From Chrysomallon squamiferum (Eukaryota > Animalia > Mollusca), in the NCBI GenBank assembly GCA_012295275.1, contig CM022679.1:11284001-11348000 (forward strand): a stretch of DNA of 64,000 nucleotides, given 5' to 3'. Shown here in pieces: positions 1-14,203 of this stretch (positions are counted from its first letter, which is position 1; each line of letters starts with the position of its first letter). A program made the translations under genes and the position numbers. The notes under the pieces were generated by a model. It did not search any database, was not told where the DNA came from, and saw only the letters and a program-made list of their open reading frames with translations.

Positions 1-745
1 ACATAAAAATAAATAAAAGGTCAAAAACATTATTTTGTGGATAAGCTCTGTTAAAGGGATTCTATTAATTTGTCTACGAAAGAAAATACCAGCATCGTTT
101 AATGTTAATATTATTTGTGAATAAAAATATATATTTTATTAGTGCTTTGTTTGTGTTTTTTATTTATTTATTTATATATATACATTCTTATTTAATTCTT
201 CTTTTGTTTTTGGTTGGGGTTATTGTATTTTGTATATGTGAATAGAAAATGTAAAATAAGTATCATTTCCTTTAATATTAAAGTACTTATCATTCACTTA
301 TGTAAATATTCTTGCTTTATATTGCTGCATTCATTCCATGTATATTTATTTATTGTATTAATACTAAATAAATGATAATATATGTAAATGAATGATATAT
401 AATTATTCATTTTATTTAAAACTGTAACAGACACTTTTTAAGTCTTAATAAATGTAAAACATAAAAATATCTTGTCTCTAGCTAGAGTGTATTTATCAAA
501 TATTAGTCCACTGACTATGGTAGACCTATCATTCCATGACCAAAATAAAAGGACAAAACACTGCATCAGCTAATGACAGTTCCTCGTGTGTCTGGTGATT
601 CTTGGAATTCTAAATGTCAGTTAGATGAGAACAGTTATCTAAATGCTTTGTCGGTTCCTCAGGTCAGTGGGTCATGTTTACCACTAACACAGAGCTAACA
701 ACACACATATTAATGTTATTAGCTTTCCCTGTAATAACTGATGCA

Positions 746-915
746 TGGCTCTTTTAATTTTTGTTTCGTTGCAGCTGTAAATTGCTTTTAAATGTAAATA
801 TAAACATTTAATGCAATAATTAAAAAGAGTGGCTCATTTTTTAATGTTGGTTAGTTACAGCTGTAAATTGCTTTATAAATGCAAATATAAATTTATAATG
901 CAACAGTTAGAAAGA
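746..915 (+). repeat. Diverged tandem duplication, unit about 84 bp
   Basis: tggctc...cagctgtaaattgcttt..aaatg(t/c)aaatataaa...aatgcaa occurs twice in succession. Confidence 0.75.
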
Positions 916-2169
916 ACACATATTAAATAGAAATGTATTGCATATTCAGAATATTATAAATATGTAGAAATATTTTATAAACATTAAAAGATGCACACTT
1001 TAAAAACTAAACAAATCAGTTTGGTAAATTCAGATTCAACTATTCTGGCTTTTTAGAATCGTTTTTCAACCAGGATTAATCATTTAAATTCAAGCAAAAT
1101 AATTATTCAGTGTCCAAAACATGTATGGTAATTGTTAATATTTTTAACATGGCAATCAGAACTTCAGATTTTTAAAATTAAAATCTGATTGCAAAGAAAT
1201 AAGGTCAGTTTTACTTTACTTTACTTTACTAGTTGCTCTTTGTCTTTCTAATATTTTTTTAATATTATGGTTTAGAAAAGAAGTAACTATATGTGTACTA
1301 TTGGAATTCCATCTTCTACCTGACAACTTAAACATGTGACCTAAAACAGCATCTGTTTGAAAGGAAGAGGTGGTAATAAAAACTCCCATTTATTCAATAT
1401 TGACTCAGTGACATTTCAAACAGGTGTAAAAAACAGTCAGTATAGTGTTTACTTATGAATACTCAGGGCAAATATTCTTATATAGCCACTCTGTATATAC
1501 TGCTTTAGAAACAGCAGCTGCAGTAATACAGTCTAAATTGAAGTCGGAACTTATACTTTATTTTTATCTGCTTATTTTCTTGCTTTTACAGACAATGGAA
1601 TAATAATAATAATAAAAATAAAAGCATGTTCCAATTCCTAATTATTAAATGTATTCAAAATAATCATAATTTGATAATAAAATGAATTAATTTTTATTTT
1701 ATTTATATTATTGTTTTTCTTGTTACCACATTTATATAATGTGCAAAAATGTACATACACACAATAAAGATTTGACCATATCAGGCACATGCAATATGTG
1801 GTTCTTGAAGATAAAGTTAGAGGTTTCTTAATAGAACTCACACACAAGTAAAATAACACGATTTCATTACAAACGGCTAGTCAGTCACGTGGTAATGTTT
1901 GTGGTGTAAGATGGGCCAATAAGGAGCAGATCTGCCACATTTCTGGGAAACTGCCTAACTAAGTGGGTTAGTGGTACGACTGATATATAGAAACTAGATC
2001 AAATATTCATGTTTTTACTTGATATGAAATGATAGTAGCAGGGTGAAAAAAAAAAAAAAACCTTTAAAGTGTATGCTGCACAATATATAATTATATTCTT
2101 TGTTACAAATGATATTATATTAAATAAAATATTTTAGCTACTGTTGTTTAATGTATACAGTTTTCCTGC

Positions 2170-2227
<58 letters not shown>
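2170..2227. repeat. (AAT)n microsatellite
   Basis: Direct reading. Similar AAT/ATT tracts at about 3510-3600, 4659-4688, 15589-15629, 29391-29427, 35311-35358, 36459-36499, 36575-36625, 50575-50670, 53028-53105 and 61009-61045. Confidence 0.95.
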
Positions 2228-2228
<1 letters not shown>

Positions 2229-2237
2229 AAAGAAAAG

Positions 2238-3355
2238 AAAATTTGTATTTATTTGACTTATTATTTTGAAATTCAGTTCTTGTAGACTACTTCCGGTTTT
2301 TAATAGTATAAAATTAATTTTAGTCAAACACATTCTGCTAACTGTGAATTTTAATTTCTTTAAAATAACTGTGAATAATTTTATTACAAGCCTATCCCTT
2401 TTTTATACATGAATGCTCTAGAAACAAATATAATTTTAAAAAATTAAAAATTAAAAATCCTTTTTAAAGCTATTTTTGCCATCAAACATACTTTAAATAA
2501 CTGGAACATACTTAAAAAGCATATAATTAAATTTACACTGCTTAAGAACTAAGTTTTAACAAAAACAAGCTTTGTCAATATACCATTTTTGGGGGTGTTT
2601 ATTTTAGTGCAGAATTACAATGATAATATAACAATGCAGTAGTGCGGTATTTGGCATAAGGGCTAAGAACATTAAGAAGAGATACGAGTCGTGGATGATA
2701 ACCCAAATATTAAACAAATAAATAACTATAATCTGATTCAGAGGTTTCACAAGAATATGACCAGTAACAAATAATGTAATAATTTGAATTGATTATATGC
2801 TCTATTTTATATTAAAATATATGTCAGAGTAGATTAACAACAGATATACGCTCAGTGGGTAACAATAGAACGTTTCAGAACTAAAGTTATTAAAATATAA
2901 ATGCACAGGTTGGATTAATGTCCACACTATTTATTTTATATAAGGATAATGTGATAATGTTAATTTTCAAAGTGCATACCTACAAATTGCAAACCAGATA
3001 ATATAACAGTTTAATTTAGGTTACTGAATGTAGCTGTAAAATTTGTATTTATTTTACTTATCTTTCTGAAATTCTGCTGTTCTTGTAGACTACTTCTAGT
3101 TTTTAACAGTGTAAAATGTAATTTTAGTCAAACACATTCTGCTAACTGTGAATTTTAATTATTTCTTTAAAATAACTGTGAATAATGTTATAACAAGCCT
3201 ATCCCTTTTTTATACATGAATGCTCTAGAAACAAATATAATTAATATAAATTAAAAATTAAAAATCCTTTTTAAAGCTATTTTTGCCATCAAACATGCTT
3301 TAAATAACTGGAACATACTTAAAAAGCATATAATTACATTTACACTGCTTAAGAA
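2238..3355 (+). repeat. Direct duplication of about 310 bp (copies 2238-2548 and 3038-3355)
   Basis: Both copies share long near-identical tracts such as gttcttgtagactactt, ttttagtcaaacacattctgctaactgtgaattttaatt, acaagcctatcccttttttatacatgaatgctctagaaacaaatataatt and ctggaacatacttaaaaagcatataatta...tttacactgcttaagaa. Confidence 0.9.
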
Positions 3356-3730
3356 AGTGACCAGAATGTGTGATGTATTTTCTTAAACTAAATGAAAAAA
3401 TTATAAAAATAAACCTCAAGTCGTACATAACAGTTCATGTATTCTTTTTGTAAATAATAAAGAAATAAAATAATAATAATACAAATAAAAAATAAAAATA
3501 CTGTAGCATAATAATAATAATAATAATAATAATAACATTAATAATAATAATAATAACAATCATAATGATAATAATAATAATAATGATAATAATAATAACA
3601 GATGCAATATAATATGATAAAACTCAAATAAAAAAATATTTAAAGTATTTTGTCACATCCATTCAGTTTACATTAACAGATTATGGAATGAAAAAAATTG
3701 TGCAAGTGCATACTCATATCCTCAAGTTAT

Positions 3731-4657
3731 CTAAATAACATCAGACTCCTCTATTATCAACCTATCCCTTGTGCGTGGTCTTGCCTTTCCTTTTATTTGC
3801 TATGAATACAATAAGGGATACAAAAAGCAAGAAATATGAAACTCAGTTTCGTGATTATACTCAGTATTAAAATTTGATGTTGTTAATTACCTTCAGTATG
3901 CATTTCAGACACTACAAAATGACTGACAGTTTTGGATAACACCAGAATTATTATTTATTAATTACACTACAAAATTATTATTTACTAACTATAGCACTAA
4001 GACAACATACAGTTGAATCAAGAAACTGGAACAGTTGTTGTAGTACTTAAAATATATTATTAAAGCTGACCCAGATTTTTGATAATTGTAAACGTCTGTT
4101 TGTGTTACTTTAGACGTCAAGCACTGCTTGATACTATATTTTCAACTGTGTCCACTGTTTCACATTATTCCATTCAATAATCATACTGTCTAGAGTTTTT
4201 CTGTTTCAATAATTTCTTAATCAAACTACCCACTGCAGGTCTTAAACTAGCAAAGATGGAAGATGTAAACAGCTCATGAACCTCAGATCTGGTATTCTAT
4301 CCTTCACTGATGCCCATTTTTTAAAATATAAATGTGCTTGGCTATCCAGTAATCAAACATACTTTTAAACCTGGTTGGTTAGTTGTTGTTGTTTTTTTGT
4401 CTGCTTTAGTATTATGTGAAAACATTTCAGTTTAATGTATATAAGAATGGTAATAGTATTAAAAAAAGGTTTATTGTAAGAAATAATTATTAAATAAGTA
4501 TTAAATGGTGTTATTATTTATTGAAAATGAAAAGATGTTTTTAATAGTACCATGTGGAATCTATTTGAATACAGCTCTAGTACCATAATCAGGTTCTACA
4601 GAGGTTTAGATCCAATTACACTTTCTACATTGCTAAAAATCTGTTTAAACATGCAAA

Positions 4658-4689
<32 letters not shown>

Positions 4690-5186
4690 CATCTTCATCA
4701 GTTTGGAGTTTGAAATTACTGTGAAAATGAAGAAACAAATAGCAAAGAATAAAAGAAAACAGCAATAAGAAAAAAGACAGTGAGGATTCAATGGCAAAAA
4801 ACACAATTACTAAATCCATTCCAAAGATAAAATGTCTACCGATACTTTATATACCCTTGCAGAAAGTTTTAACAATCATATAAATAAACAAGTAAATAAA
4901 AAAATTAAAATAAATTAAATAAAAAACAAAACAATAATCAATCAAATAAGCACATAAACAAAACAACAAAACAACAATAAGAAAATAGTAATAGCTACTA
5001 AAATTATCTAATCATTTTTCTTTTTTGAAGTTAAGTATTCAACAACAGAAATGAAATTATCTAATCAATTTAATTGAATAAAATAAATATTTATAAAATA
5101 TTATTTATATTTAATGATTGTCAAAAAAACACGTTTATATTTGCCAAGAAATTACCGTTTTGGGGAAGAATTTAAAGACAGCCTAT
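3731..5186 (-). other. Candidate alternative 3' exons of CLEC16A (5186-5156, possibly 4855-4840, terminal 3799-3731)
   Basis: Exon 5186-5156 has acceptor ttctcttttatcag and donor CG|gtaatt and fits the phase-1 end of exon 19 (N-RLSLNSSPK-R). Segment 3799-3731 follows tgtattcatag and reads QIKGKARPRTRDRLIIEESDVI*. No homology support. Confidence 0.3.
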
Positions 5187-6034
5187 CTGATAAAAGAGAA
5201 AAATGATCAATAAAATTGAGGTCATTTAGATATGTAATTAGAAAATGAAATAACACAGTAAGAGTAATCTCCCATGATTGATAAAACCAGGTACCTTTAT
5301 ATTTTGTTTCTGAATTAAAACAGTACTTTCAAAATAAGTTTTAAATATGGTTCTGATGTGATATCTAGAGAACATTTCGCATCCCAAATTTTCTAAAAAT
5401 GTGTTTTAATATATATTATATATAAACTGTTTTAGTGTACTGACTTTAACATCTATTTTGGAATATAATAATACCTTGACTCTAGCCAATTATTAGCAAT
5501 AAACAGTACTCTGTTTTTACATTAATACTAGCTGCTGACATTGCTTAAATGCCTTTTAAGTTGTAAATAAATAACATTTTAAGTTAATTCTTTTGTTTTT
5601 CAATAAGTATTTTTCACACTGTTGTAAATTAAAATAGCTTTAAAAATTAATATCCATTTATAGAATGACGACAAAGTACTATGCACATCTGATTAGTAGA
5701 AGGTATTCTCTACACCATTTGTTATTTGTTTTCATATAAAACATAAAATAAATATTATTCAATTACTGAAATAATATGACTTTATCAATTTGAACTGAAA
5801 AGATTCAATAAAAAATAAAGGGAAATAATCTAAACAATGTGTAATATACCTTCACCACAACAATCAGCAAAATTCACATACAAAATCAGTCACTGATTAC
5901 TTGGAAATTACAGAATAAATCCTTCACATCAAACAAGTGTTCCTTCTTCAAGAGGACAGACTTGTATTTCAGTGTTTAAACAAATAATAATACTTGTATT
6001 AAAATCATAACATGGAAGTGAATAGTTAACTTAC

Positions 6035-9000
6035 TAAGATCCAATTTATCGTCACATCTGATACAATTTTCTTGTTTAGTTAAAGGAAGCTGAATTTCTG
6101 CTTCATCCAATAAGGTCAAGGACAGATCCCGCAGAATGAAAAAAACACGAATTGCCTGCAAATTTTTTTAAAGATTGATGAATTTTATTTGAAAATTTTA
6201 AACTGAAGAACGTTCAAATTAAAATGTTAAAAAACACAAAACAGATACTATAACAATAAATTTCTGTCAATTAAGTATACATGTGTAATAAAACTTTACA
6301 ATTAATAAAATAAATAATGTTCCAGTTGTTCTTGTTTTCACATTAATAAAAACATTAACAAAATTTAATGTTCAAGAAAATATGAAATCCTTTACTATTA
6401 AGATTTTGTTTGATTTCTTAAAATCTCTGAGGAATGTAATCACATCATTATCATTACATTTTGTTTAATTACATGACAGATTTTCTAAAAAATAGTATTA
6501 ACAACTAAAATACATGATACTTATGATACTTACTCTTCTTGCCCTCTCGACTTCACCGCATGGTAACCTCTTGTTGAAGTCTATACCAGTAAGAGGGGTT
6601 CCAGTAGGTGACAGAAGAATGGAAGAGTCCATTGTTAGGTACTCCACATTTAATGGATGACTCTGCAGAAGAAAATTTTAACATGATTTTTAAGAAAACA
6701 TATTCAAAGTCAGTTGGTTTCCTATAATAATTAACGTGCATTTAAATATGTTACTAATTTATACATATCCAGAGAGATGTATAAATAAAAACTATTTCAA
6801 ATATCATTAATCTGCCAGTTTTTAATAAAGAACAATTAATAACCAGTGAGATAAAAAAATAAAAAGGATAAAAAAAGTACAAAGGAAGGAAAAATCTAAT
6901 AAATACAGTGAAGAATAAAAATTAATTCAAAAGTGGCAAAAATAAATAATAAAATCATTTTTAAAATCATTAAATAGAAAAAGATGATAAAAACAGTTAA
7001 GAATGTAAGTAAATATAAAGAGAAATAAAATAAAAAGTGATAAATAGGAAAAAATTAAAGGAAAACCTGCCTTCATATCTCGATATTCATCCTCAAACAT
7101 ATCAAGAAATATTTCTTCACTCTGCAATGCAATTACACAATTGATAATATAAGGACGTCAAAAACTGTAATGGTTGTCCTCAATTTTTAAAAATGCTTTA
7201 AATACATCAAAATAATGTATTTTTCTATTGCTTTTATTTTGCATGTGATAATGTAATTGACACAGTGATGTCAATACCATTCAAAGTTTTTGTTTTTTTC
7301 AGACAATTTTAAAGAAATTGTAGTTTATTTTTATTTATTTCTTTTTTACACTGGGCATGACTTCAACTAGTGTTGACTGCCACTGTAGATTACATTTTTG
7401 TTTCTTGTTAAAATGAAACACTCACTTTGTAGAAATTCCGAAGCATCTGTCGACTGCACTCATGGGCATTCTCAATGGAGGCCAGGTGTCGGTCTTGAAG
7501 AAATGACTTGCCTTGTTTTAGTATCAACTGCTTCAGCAACTTGATTGACAGCTGTAGAGTTGCCAGTCGAACTTTGCTGTCTGAGAAATGAATTTAATAA
7601 AGAAGAAGTAATGAATGAAGATAACAAATTATCTAAAATTGTTTTAAAATGATGTTAATAAACTTTGTTTAAAGGTTTATGAGTATACTCACTTGGATGA
7701 CATGCCAGGGTGATGATGCGAATCAAACGTTCCACCAAAGCAATGTTATAATGATCCTTACTCTGCAATAGAACAATGAATAAATGACTGTTTGTTTTGG
7801 GAAGTTTGAAATAAAAGAAATACAAAATCATATTCACATTAAAGAAGGAAATCAGAGATTAATAAACTCTTAGAATAAATGTATAAAATTACTCCAACAC
7901 TGCATATTGTAAGTGGAAGATAAATTTGTAGTACTGAATTTTAAATAAAAATTTAAAAAAAAAAAAGAAAAAACGAATTACCTCTGATCTTTCTGTTGGC
8001 ATGAGAACACTATCCAAGAGGTTTTGACTTATGCCTGCCAAAATAACAAAAAGAACAATTTAAAAAACCACAAAAAAACAACAAATGAAATCTGCATTAT
8101 GTAACTGTTCAGTTAAGCCTTATTTGCATTACATATAAACATTCAAAAGCAATCTATGTTGAAATAACTTTCAATAAGGCCTCTTTAAGTTCATTTTATT
8201 CACATACATTCTAATACAAGATTTTCAGCAAGCATAAAACTCTTCAATTACATATTATCAATCCACACATCTATAAATTGTTGGTGATTTCAAATACTTG
8301 AAACAAAAGAATTTAAATAACAATCTGAATTCACTTTTTTTCTCAAACTGTTCAAAGGAACATAAAAAGAATATATTGTTTCATTTACCATCGTTTTGTC
8401 CAAGACCATAAAGCAAGCACAGAGCAAACAGAGCAGCATAGTCATTTTCACTGCATTCTAGGGCATTGAAAATAGCCTCAAGATATGGTCTAAAATACAA
8501 ATAATAACAGTATTAAATCATTTTGAAAATCAATAATGAAAAAACAGAAGATATATTTTTTAAGTGATTAATTTTAAATTTGAGTATCACGATAGAAAAA
8601 GCAACAAAAACACTCACAAAATTATATTCTCAATTTAATAATTTGCACATTACTTCTGAAACATGCAGGTAATAATTTACAGTCTAGAGGTTTGTCTTTT
8701 CTGAATGACACTGGAAACAGAAGCTTAGTAAATCATAGTAACTTTTCAGAATAACATAGAAAAATGGGACATTAAAATTTCTGCATTTCAGTAAAGTTCT
8801 GATATCAATATTTATCTCCAAGACAAATAATTGTGGTTTTCTGTTATGAAAATCAGCCACTAAATGCGACTAATAGAAAACCCTTTAAGTGAATTGCAAA
8901 CTTGCATGTTTTTGATATTTCAATTCAGTTTACAACAAACCTGTTGTCAAGGGAGAATGTAGACTGCTGGGTTTGTGGTGCACCTAGAGTCATGCGATGG

Positions 9001-9159
9001 CAAAGTTTTTCTTCATCTGTCGAGTTCTGGTTTGGACTTGATATGTCAGTGTCACCTGAATAAATTTCACTGCTTGGGCTCAGTGCACCTTCTGTAAATA
9101 CATTATTTAATGATTTAGTTCATCTCTTACTGGCAGTGTTAGTGCATATGTCTTTTACA

Positions 9160-9203
<44 letters not shown>

Positions 9204-12200
9204 ATGAACACATTCACAAGAGCACAAAGAAAATTCTTACTAAAGAATTACAATTGACACAGTAACAAATAATAATAATTAAAAAAAACCCCACAAAATA
9301 ATAAATATTAATAATTATTGTTTCATACATAGATTTGTACTGCTACTGTAAAAAAGCCAAACGAATAAGGATATACAGCTTTTAATGTTTATTATAAATT
9401 ACATTGCTTGTCATTCCAAATATATAAAATAAATATACTGTAAACATATATCACCTGTTGATGGAGATGATGGAGATGTGACATCATCTCTTGCAAGGTA
9501 AAATGTAGAATTCCCTTCAGTGGAAACCCGAGCTACATTTTCTTCTGTCATCTGACCATAACGAACCTTTGGACAAACACTTTCCAGTGTCTTCTCCAAA
9601 CTCTCTGTTGGGGCTTTGAACTCTCTTAATCTCTGTTAATAACAAAAGTCTCACTTAATTTCACATTCCTTTACACATAGATTTTGAGGTTATTATTATT
9701 ATTTTTACAGTATCTCTCATCAGTTATTTAATAGTAAGAGGATTAGGAAAACTATTTGTACAAACTGAAAACTATTACAAGGCTTATTTCTTAAGCCTCA
9801 AACTGCTTCATAAGCTTTCTTACCATGTGCTTATTATTTTAAATACTGTAACAAATCTTTCAAGTAAATTCTTTTTTTTTTTAAATGTTAAATTAAAAAA
9901 TTGATTTGAAGTGTTTGTTATTTGTGTTTTTTATTATTATTTTTATAGATAAAAATAAGGAATTATGATTAAGTGAAACAAATGAATACCCTTTCATCAG
10001 AAGATAAACACACTTGATTTATATGCGTTATTATGCAATTCAGTCTGGTATTTTGAATTTATATCTGAGACAATAAAATTATATAAAAAACACAAGTAAA
10101 TAAAAACTAACTAATTTATGTGAGCCACTTTTTGCATCAGCCTTTGCTAGACTAATATCTCCTTGAAAAATCACTTCGGCCAGCTGCTGAACAAGACTGT
10201 GATTATGGAATATCAAAAATACCTGTAACACAACAAATTTGAAATTATTCTATCAAATGTGTATCTGTAGGACTTTAAATTAATAATTCTAGACAATAAT
10301 CTGCACTTTTTGTCTTCAAGTAAAATAAACAGATCAATATCATCCCTGAACAAAACAAGTATAAGCAATCCAATTATAAGTACATTTTTAAAGTAGGAAA
10401 AAAACTAAAAAAAAAAAAACTGGGGAGGGACAGGATGGCAAACTTCATTGTCACCCTGAAAATGAAAACATTATAGGAAACATTATTACTTTTGTTTAGT
10501 TAGAAAATAAAATAAAATAAATAAACAGCCACGTGCAAGATCAAACACAGCATATAAGTCTACTGAATCAAAGAATACTGAAATGATTTTGAGTGAATGA
10601 TCAAAATATTAATGAATTAATAAGATTTGTGTGTAATACAGAACTTTTTCATATTCATAATAATGTAAAATACAACCCATTGGTCTTTAGTGTAAAAGAA
10701 GAAAATGTTTGTACCTGAGATAACAAGAAAAGTGCAACAACAGAGCTGACATGTTTTCTATCATCCTGAAAGAAAAGAAAAGAGCATCTGATAATTTAAA
10801 TTAGAGTATTTTTATTTGTTTTCAAAACAAGATAACAAATATTGCTAAATTTTAATATTTTCATTTAAAGTTAAATATATATGTTATAATAAATGTATTT
10901 TCTTCTTGTAAGGTCAAAATGTCTGGTTCATATATTTGACAGTCTGATGCATCAGTACCTGTTAGTATGTCTTTAAACAAATCTCTTATGGCAGTCTTAA
11001 ATCAGATGTGATTCTAAATACATCTTCTTATTTCAATTTTCCCAGCAGCACAGATTAATGCACAAAACAAATATCTAAAATGTAAAACTCCAGACAGTTT
11101 ACCTCTGCATCTGAATTTCTCTTTCTTTTTGTCAGGGAATACACATAGAGAGGAATCAAGAGTCTGTTAAGAAGCTGGTCAGTGAGAACATCATTTAGTC
11201 CATCCAAGCTGATACTGAATATATCATTCAGGTAATGGAGATGATCCAGGTGTTCAGCTACCAGATCAGCCTAAAAGATCTCTGCTCCTGTGACTGTAAT
11301 CAAAATAAAATAACTTTTTTTACAATTAGTTTTTACATTAATAAAACCATAATTAAATAATGTACTTTACATGTGATTGCCAGTGATTAATGATACATTC
11401 ATTCCCATATACACACACACACCAGCTACATGTTAATGCACATTTCTTACATTAGCTTAAACTAGATTATCTAAAATATTCAATTACTTACTCAGAATCA
11501 TGCCGGACACACAGATCAAGATCCAAAATATGGTTCCCAATAAACCAAACCAGATTAGAAAAGTATGGAGCAGCTGTGTGATCTCTGATATAACGCAACA
11601 TTGCTTTATCCTCAACTGAAGAGAAATTAAACAAAATCAATGACTATATAGCACTGATTTCAATGTTTTCTTTTTTTAGCAAGTTTAGAATTACCTTCAC
11701 TCAAATAGGTTCTTTTATGATTTCCTTCAAATACTTAAAATCTTTCCATCACAACAAATGGTTAAAGTTAAATCTTTACATACATTAATTTCAAAGTATA
11801 AAATATAATCATGCTAACTGGTTGTTACAATAAAGTTAAATATGCCCTACCTTTATAGACATTCAGTGTGATGGTTCTGACAGCTATTCGAACCATGCTT
11901 TCAGAATGGTTGAAGAATTTTATTGCTTCTGTATACAAGGCAAAATCATTTGTGTGCTGCAAAAATAAACAAACAATAAAATGACTAAAATATCATAAAT
12001 AAGTATTAACATCTCACAAATAAATATAACTATTGCTAAACCTTAAAGAACTCTAAAGAACACATTAGTCATATTTTTTAAAGAATGAAGAATTAAACTA
12101 TATTATTTACCTCATGATTAGCTCTCAAAAATGCATTAAGAGTGATGACAAACACCTTACAATCAGCATTTACAATGTGTCTTTATTGTATTTTACATTT

Positions 12201-14129
12201 TATTTTTTTAGCTTTTTTATTTTTTCTTGTTAATTTTTATATATTCTATTTATTTTAGATATATTTATATTTATTTCATGTTCTTTTATTATGACATAGG
12301 TAACATTGCTGAATGATGTAACATTAGATAACATATGTTCTCTGAACTGAAATATATTCAAGAAAAGTGGATGAAAGGTGAAGTTGACATAAGCCAAAAT
12401 AACACAAAGCAGGGTTATTACTGTGTAAATAATTGTAATGCGACTGGTTATTATTCACAATATTAATTATGTAATTTGAAAACTGATCTTACTTCATTGT
12501 AGAAAAAATGAATGGTATGCCTGTTTAACTTCAGTGACAGTGTCTTCAGGAAGGATATGTAGTAAGCCATCACCTAAAAACCAAATTCATTAATCTGTAA
12601 CTAAAGTGGAAATTTTCATAAAATTTATTTATAAAACATGATTACTAGATTAAGGATAAAGATTATTAAATACTATTTCTGTTGTCTTGAAAGTTATTGG
12701 AAGAGAGTTAAAATCTGAAAAAAGTAAATTAATTTATATATTATCATTATGCAGTAAAAAATTGTAAATAGAATCATAATAAAGGTTTAATTTTTTTTTT
12801 AAATTACCTCTTCATCTGAGAAATCAAACTTGTGCACAATGATGGAATTCACATGATTGTTTGAGAGCAAATAATCTGAAATGATTAATAAAGAAAATTT
12901 TCAAAATGAATAGTCTTGTGATTATTTACAAATTAGGATGGAGAAATACTAATACTAATATTAATTATAAAAATAGTTGTAAGGATTATATAATGCAGCA
13001 TGAATATAATTAGTAACATAAATAAATAATCAAATAAATGAAAAACAAAAATCACTTAAAAACAGATCCAACATTTCAAGGTTCAAACAGATATCATAAT
13101 TATTTAATGATTTAATCAACAGGATCTTATTACTTCAAACAGATGCATAATTTTATAATTAATTGTTTTACTTTCAGAAAGAATATTTTTACTCTCAGTA
13201 TCAAATATCAATTTTTTTTCTCTCCAAACAAACCTAAATCAAATAAATGTACACATACTGACATAGACACATACATCCATTTCCTCTTGTACATACAAAA
13301 TTTATTCACTATTATTATTGATTTTTGAAACATACACAGTGAAGTTTCATTGCAAATATTTTCAAAGAGGATGTTCAAAGTCTGAAGTAACTGAACACAA
13401 AGATATCTTCCAGACTTCTGCTGCAGATACCTTAGGAAAAATGACAGCATATTTTTTTCCAGGAAAAAACTGAAAAACAGGTAGAGATTAATATTTTAAT
13501 ACAGCTGAATTACATCATTGATAATAGTATAAAAGTATCTAAATTACTCTAAAATAATTAAAGAAAATATGAAATTAATATTTTGACAGTTACATTATAA
13601 TAAATGATATTTTTCATTCTGTTTTGTTAAATAGTGAAATTGGTAATACATGACTCCTTGAATTTCAAACAATAACAGTAGTATAATATTACTGAATAAT
13701 ATATATATGTAACTGACATTGTTTAAATACACATGTATCTTGTATGTGTTATTATTATTATATTGTAATTTATACCGTCATAATACATATTAAGATATGC
13801 TACACTTACTCAAAAACCGAACTGTCATTTTGATCACCCCAAATAAGAATCTCTGACATTGACCGCAGAGTTTCAATAAGTAATCCCCGGTTATGTTCTG
13901 AAGCTGTTTGGTTTTTGCAAAGAACTGTATATAAGAATCTGAAATATACAATATTAATTAATAAAATTTACATGAACCAGACGTTATTTAATTTGAAAAC
14001 ATATTAAAAATTATTATTACTTGAAGATGCATGTATAGATCATTAGATGCCTATATATGTGTACGTATTTATGAGATTACACACACACACACACACACAC
14101 ACAACATATACACACACACCACACACACA

Positions 14130-14203
<74 letters not shown>

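Noticed and set aside
4020-4330. Coding-looking stretch downstream of CLEC16A exon 19
   Set aside because: All minus-strand frames are interrupted by stops and none resembles the CLEC16A C-terminus.
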